Assembly (NCBI GenBank): GCA_965221905.1
Contig: OZ244922.1
Location: 3,040,001-3,104,000, forward strand
Source: Chloroflexota bacterium
GTDB lineage: Bacteria; Chloroflexota; UBA11872; VXOZ01
Reading direction: 5' to 3'
DNA length: 64,000 nucleotides
The position numbers and the translations under genes were made by a program. Shown piece after piece: positions 59,866 to 64,000 of the stretch. The notes beneath the pieces were generated by a model. It made no database searches. It saw only the letters and a list, made by a program, of their open reading frames with translations, and was not told the origin of the DNA. The first letter of the stretch is position 1. Each line of letters begins with the position of its first letter.

Positions 59866-61173
59866 ATGAATAGAATTCGCTCGCTCATTCCCCTCCTCGG
59901 GCACTTCATTACCCATACGCTGGGTGTGCGTTTTCTCTTTGCCTTGGCGATTTCCGTCATCTTGTGGGTTATATTCACTGCGGAAGAAAACCCCGTACGC
60001 GAGGACTTCTTTGGCGCGGAGATCCCGGTTGAAACGAGCCGACTTGGCGACGGCTTGGTAGTTAGCCGCACGTCGCCGAGCACGGTACGCTTGCGGATTG
60101 CGGCACCGCGGGATACGTGGGACTCACTTAGCACCGACAACTTTCGCGTGGTAGTGGACCTCTTTGCAGTGGGCGTCGGCTTGCATGAACTTCCCATTAC
60201 CGCCATAAGATCAGACTCCAGCGTTCGCATCCTCGCTACGGACCCGGAATCCGTGACCGTAGCACTGGAAGAGCGCAAGGAAAAGGAGGTGCCGGTGCGC
60301 GTAAACCTGGCAGGGTCCCCACCGCAAGGCTATGAATATCAACCGCCCAAGTTCCTGCCGGACATCGTGACAGTGATAGGTCCCGCCTCCAAAGTGGAAC
60401 TCGTCGATGCGGCCTGGATCGACGTGGAAGTGGATGATGCTCGGAGTACCATGAATCTCACGCAAAGGGCAGTCCCCCGCGACGCCCAGGGTCAAGACGT
60501 AAGCGGCGTTCAGCTCGATCCCGCCGTCGTTCAGGTTACGGTGCCGGTAGAACAAGAGATTTCCTACAAGGACGTGCCCGTTCGCGTAAGCATCGAGGGC
60601 CAGCCCGCAGCGGGCTATTGGATCGCGCGGTACCTTGCTTCACCTCCCTCGGCAACACTCGTCGGCTCGCCCGAGGAACTCAAAGGGATGGAATTTGTAT
60701 TCACCGAAACTGTCCCCGTAGATGGAGCCACGCAGACGTTTACGACGACTGTAGAGCTAGAGAGACCGCCGGACATTGGCATCACCGGCTCCGATCAGGT
60801 TGAAGTCACCGTGGAAGTCCTGCCAATTCAGTCAAGTGCGGAAACTCGGGTCGTTGTAACGTACGTCAACCTGCAACCGGGGATGGAGGCTTTGGTGGAA
60901 CCCACCACGGTTCTTGTCTTGCTCAGCGGCCCGGCGCCGGTGCTGCGAGCTTTACAAGCAGGTAGCGTGATTGTCTCGCTAAACTTGAGCGGGGTGGGCG
61001 CTGGTTCATACGCGTTGACTCCGAATACTAGTGCGCCGCCACAAGTTAAGGTGGAGCGCGTCAATCCACCGCAATTGCAGGTTGTCGTGAGCGTCCGGCC
61101 CACGCCAGAGCCTACGGCAACCCCAACGCCGACAGAAGATACGCTCCCCGCTTCGCCGACACCGCTTCCCTAG
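59866..61173 (+). CDS. cdaR: CdaR / YbbR-domain protein
   Basis: N-terminal TM plus repeated P..V.V.G YbbR units; directly after cdaA. Confidence 0.88.
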   Translation: MNRIRSLIPLLGHFITHTLGVRFLFALAISVILWVIFTAEENPVREDFFGAEIPVETSRLGDGLVVSRTSPSTVRLRIAAPRDTWDSLSTDNFRVVVDLFAVGVGLHELPITAIRSDSSVRILATDPESVTVALEERKEKEVPVRVNLAGSPPQGYEYQPPKFLPDIVTVIGPASKVELVDAAWIDVEVDDARSTMNLTQRAVPRDAQGQDVSGVQLDPAVVQVTVPVEQEISYKDVPVRVSIEGQPAAGYWIARYLASPPSATLVGSPEELKGMEFVFTETVPVDGATQTFTTTVELERPPDIGITGSDQVEVTVEVLPIQSSAETRVVVTYVNLQPGMEALVEPTTVLVLLSGPAPVLRALQAGSVIVSLNLSGVGAGSYALTPNTSAPPQVKVERVNPPQLQVVVSVRPTPEPTATPTPTEDTLPASPTPLP

Positions 61174-61213
61174 AAGACCTTCGCTGCAAATCTAAAGGAA
61201 CTGCAACCTCACC

Positions 61214-62689
61214 GTGGTCAAGTGGTCATACACGCCCCAGGTACAGATCGTCGGGCGGGCGGCAAGAAATCCTGAAGCCATAACGGCTGGCATGGCGCGC
61301 ATCAGTCGCGACCCCACGCCCCTGCCGCAACTCATCAAGGAAGTACGCGACAATACCGCCCTGGCGCGTCAGCGCAACCAGCGGGTTGTCTATGAATACG
61401 GCCACAATAGCGTCGCGGAGCACGGCTGCTTCAGTGCCGCAATCTGGGACATTCCCCGTCTGCTTTCGTTGGAAATCGTGCGGCATCGTCTGGCGGCCTA
61501 TACCCAGCACAGCGGGCGATACATTCCTTTCGAAGAAGTGACGCGCCAGTTCTACTTGCCAAGAGCGTATCGCCGCGGCAAGGCCCGGCGCCTGGTTGAG
61601 GAGGCGGTAGGCGAAAGCTACGACGCGTACCGCACCATGTACGCGGGCTGCACCGCCTATCTTCTCGACAAATTTCCGCGCATGCGCGCTTCTTCTGCCG
61701 AACGCCGCGCCACCGAGGATGCACGCTACGTCTTGCCGCTGGCACAGACCACCCAGGTGGGTGTGACCACGAACGCCCGGGAATTCGCCCTTATGATGAC
61801 CCGGCTGCTCTCCTCACCGCTACCGGAATTTCGAGAAACCGGTGAGAAACTCTTTGCGCAGCTCCATCCCATCGCGCCCTCGCTCTTTCCGGAGAAGTAT
61901 ATCCACGCGCTACCGTTTCCCCAGAGCGGGTTGGATGCGGTTCATGCTACAGCCGCTGCGCTTGAAATTGGCTCGGCACAAACAGACCGCAACACATTAG
62001 ACGGCAGCCGATCGTCTGGAGCGAATGCGAGTGAAGCGGTGCAGCTCGTGCGCTTCGACCCGGACGGCGAGCGTCACCTGGCAGCGGCCCTGCTTTTTCG
62101 CTGCTCTCAGATGACGCTTACCGCTGCGCAACAAGCCGTGGCACGTCTGGATACCGACCAGGTAGGCCGACTAATTCGGTCCGCCTACCGTGGCTTGCAC
62201 GCTCACGACACGCTGCTGCGCGAGTTCGAACTCCTGCATTACCAGTTCGAATTGGTCATGTCAGAAGCCGCCTATCACCAATTCATACGCCATCGGATGA
62301 AATCCGAGGTCGCACAGGCTCACAGCCCCGCGCATGGGCGCACGCTGCCGCCGCTCGTCCGGAATGCCGGATTTTCGGACCTGTATCATCACACGCTTGA
62401 TCTCCTAGAGGAGACCTACAACGCCCTCGGCGGCAATGCCCGCGCCGAAATCCTGCTCGCCAACGGGCACAATCTCCGTATCCTGGCCGATCTCAATGCG
62501 CGCGAAATCGTGGAATTTTCACGTATTCGCAGCGACGGTCATGCGCAGTGGGACATTCGCAACATCTCCGACGCCATTGTCGCCGCGGTGACGCGCGTCC
62601 ATCCGCACGTCGGCTTGGCATGCGGCGGTCGCGACACCTTCAAGGACGGCACGGCCGCAGTACTGCCGGATATTGATTTTCCAACGTAG
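61214..62689 (+). CDS. thyX: FAD-dependent thymidylate synthase, tandem-domain form
   Basis: YGHNSVAEH, RHRLAAYTQHSGRY, EDARYVLP and NARE; the second half has RHRMKS, NARE and HAQWDIR. Confidence 0.85.
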   Translation: MVKWSYTPQVQIVGRAARNPEAITAGMARISRDPTPLPQLIKEVRDNTALARQRNQRVVYEYGHNSVAEHGCFSAAIWDIPRLLSLEIVRHRLAAYTQHSGRYIPFEEVTRQFYLPRAYRRGKARRLVEEAVGESYDAYRTMYAGCTAYLLDKFPRMRASSAERRATEDARYVLPLAQTTQVGVTTNAREFALMMTRLLSSPLPEFRETGEKLFAQLHPIAPSLFPEKYIHALPFPQSGLDAVHATAAALEIGSAQTDRNTLDGSRSSGANASEAVQLVRFDPDGERHLAAALLFRCSQMTLTAAQQAVARLDTDQVGRLIRSAYRGLHAHDTLLREFELLHYQFELVMSEAAYHQFIRHRMKSEVAQAHSPAHGRTLPPLVRNAGFSDLYHHTLDLLEETYNALGGNARAEILLANGHNLRILADLNAREIVEFSRIRSDGHAQWDIRNISDAIVAAVTRVHPHVGLACGGRDTFKDGTAAVLPDIDFPT

Positions 62690-62878
62690 GCGCAACAACG
62701 ACCTCGAGGCCCGGAGATAAACTCTCAGGCCGCGCCAATCGGCAGTCGTACCTGCGCGCTCCCTGCAAGTTCCAATTAGGCTTCATTACCGCATTTGCCT
62801 ATAATGGAGGATACGGAATTATAACTACACGAGAGAGAAATCACCGGACCCCACAAACCAAGGAGTGGGCACACTACC

Positions 62879-63964
62879 ATGGCTACGCGAGCAAAGAAAT
62901 CCGAAGAGAACAGTGTAGAAGGACGCACTCAGGCATTGCAGGCCGCCATCGGCCAGATTGAGCGCCGCTATGGCAAGGGCTCAATCATGCGCATGGGCGA
63001 AGAAGTCGCGGTGCCTGTCGCCGTCGTTCCCACGGGTTCGCTCTCGCTAGACCTAGCATTGGGAGTGGGCGGCTTGCCCCGGGGTCGCGTCGTCGAAATC
63101 TACGGTAACGAGGGCAGTGGCAAGACAACCCTTGCCCAGCACGTAGTGGCTGAGGCACAGAAAGCCGGAGGAACCGCTGCTTTTGTGGATGCTGAGCACG
63201 CGTTTGACCCCACATATGGCGCCAAGTGCGGCTTGAACATAGAGGACTTGCTCGTTTCGCAGCCGGATAACGGCGAACAAGCGTTGGAAATCGCCGAAAT
63301 GCTGGTGCGCAGCAATGCCGTAGACGTAATCGTGATCGATTCCGTGGCCGCCTTGGTGCCGAAAGCCGAAATCGAAGGCGAGATGGGCGATGCCCACATG
63401 GGATTGCAGGCCCGGCTCATGTCCCAAGCGCTGCGCAAGCTCACGGCCGCCATCAGCCGCTCCCGCTGCGTCATCATCTTCATCAACCAAGTGCGCGAGA
63501 AGATTGGCGTGGTGTTTGGGAATCCGGAGACCACGCCGGGAGGCCGGGCACTCCGCTTCTACTGCTCGGTACGCATTGACGTGCGTCGGGTTGACTATGT
63601 GAAAATTGGGCAAGAACAGGTTGGCATTCGCGTACGCGCCAAGGTTGTCAAGAATAAAGTTGCGCCGCCCTTCAAGACCTGCGAATTCGACATCCTCTTT
63701 GACGAAGGCATCTCTAAGCTGGGCGACCTCATCGACCTCTCCACGGAATTCGGCATCGTGCGCAAGGCCGGCGCGCACTACTCCTATGGCGACACGCGCC
63801 TCGGCCTAGGACGCGAAAACGTCCGCAAGTTCCTCAAGGAAAATACCGACATCGCGGAGGAAATTGAGTTAGCCGTGCGTACCCACGCACAGGCAACTCT
63901 TGATGCCACCCCCGCAGGCGAAGTAGTCGAAGCGATGGCTGGGGCTGACACCGGAAAACCATGA
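62879..63964 (+). CDS. recA: recombinase RecA
   Basis: [31 protein letters not shown] and KNKVAPPF. Confidence 0.99.
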   Translation: MATRAKKSEENSVEGRTQALQAAIGQIERRYGKGSIMRMGEEVAVPVAVVPTGSLSLDLALGVGGLPRGRVVEIYGNEGSGKTTLAQHVVAEAQKAGGTAAFVDAEHAFDPTYGAKCGLNIEDLLVSQPDNGEQALEIAEMLVRSNAVDVIVIDSVAALVPKAEIEGEMGDAHMGLQARLMSQALRKLTAAISRSRCVIIFINQVREKIGVVFGNPETTPGGRALRFYCSVRIDVRRVDYVKIGQEQVGIRVRAKVVKNKVAPPFKTCEFDILFDEGISKLGDLIDLSTEFGIVRKAGAHYSYGDTRLGLGRENVRKFLKENTDIAEEIELAVRTHAQATLDATPAGEVVEAMAGADTGKP

Positions 63965-64000
63965 ATCGACGCTACTTCATCACACTGGCAGTCATCGTTG
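63961..64000 (+). CDS. 5' end of a downstream gene (partial)
   Basis: ATGA overlap with the recA stop; [13 protein letters not shown] resembles a signal peptide. Confidence 0.45.
   Translation, partial: MNRRYFITLAVIV

Noticed and set aside
62690-62878. LexA (GAAC-N4-GTTC) box upstream of recA, and between mutY and the radical SAM gene
   Set aside because: No adequate match seen; only a TATAAT at 62800-05.
1-64000. CRISPR array, tRNA/rRNA, transposase or integrase
   Set aside because: No regularly spaced repeats, tRNA-like arms or DDE/tyrosine-recombinase ORFs were recognised by eye; a covariance-model scan could still find small RNAs.

Overview
About 64 kb of GC-rich bacterial chromosome. 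The gene content suggests Chloroflexota (inference): YYY/GT-C-like membrane proteins, a glycoside hydrolase/O-antigen-ligase fusion, CdaA/CdaR, a long ThyX and many Tat-lipoprotein solute-binding proteins. Housekeeping genes are rpsU, gmd, aroF, aroA, mnmA, alaS, mutY, argF, cdaA-cdaR, thyX and recA. They are interspersed with surface-glycosylation genes, a vapBC module, orphan solute-binding proteins and a heterodimeric ABC exporter. Most notable: (1) a mauE-mauD cassette (43414-45107) ending in a small Tat-exported 10-Cys/6-His peptide, with no methylamine dehydrogenase genes, i.e. a candidate secreted disulfide-peptide system; its mauE carries a +1 frameshift; (2) an unannotated Tyr-Tyr-Tyr-Leu-Phe leader peptide with a terminator ahead of DAHP synthase (ribosome-dependent attenuator); (3) two MITEs with about 22-bp TIRs and exact 8-bp target duplications, each carrying REP palindromes and sitting directly upstream of an amino-acid biosynthesis promoter; (4) two tandem 1052-aa paralogues with about 1 kb of identical 5' DNA and divergent C-termini; (5) a MocA-type nucleotidyltransferase/Ham1 fusion. 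No rRNA, tRNA, CRISPR array or transposase was recognised. All protein calls come from motif recognition by eye, not database searches.
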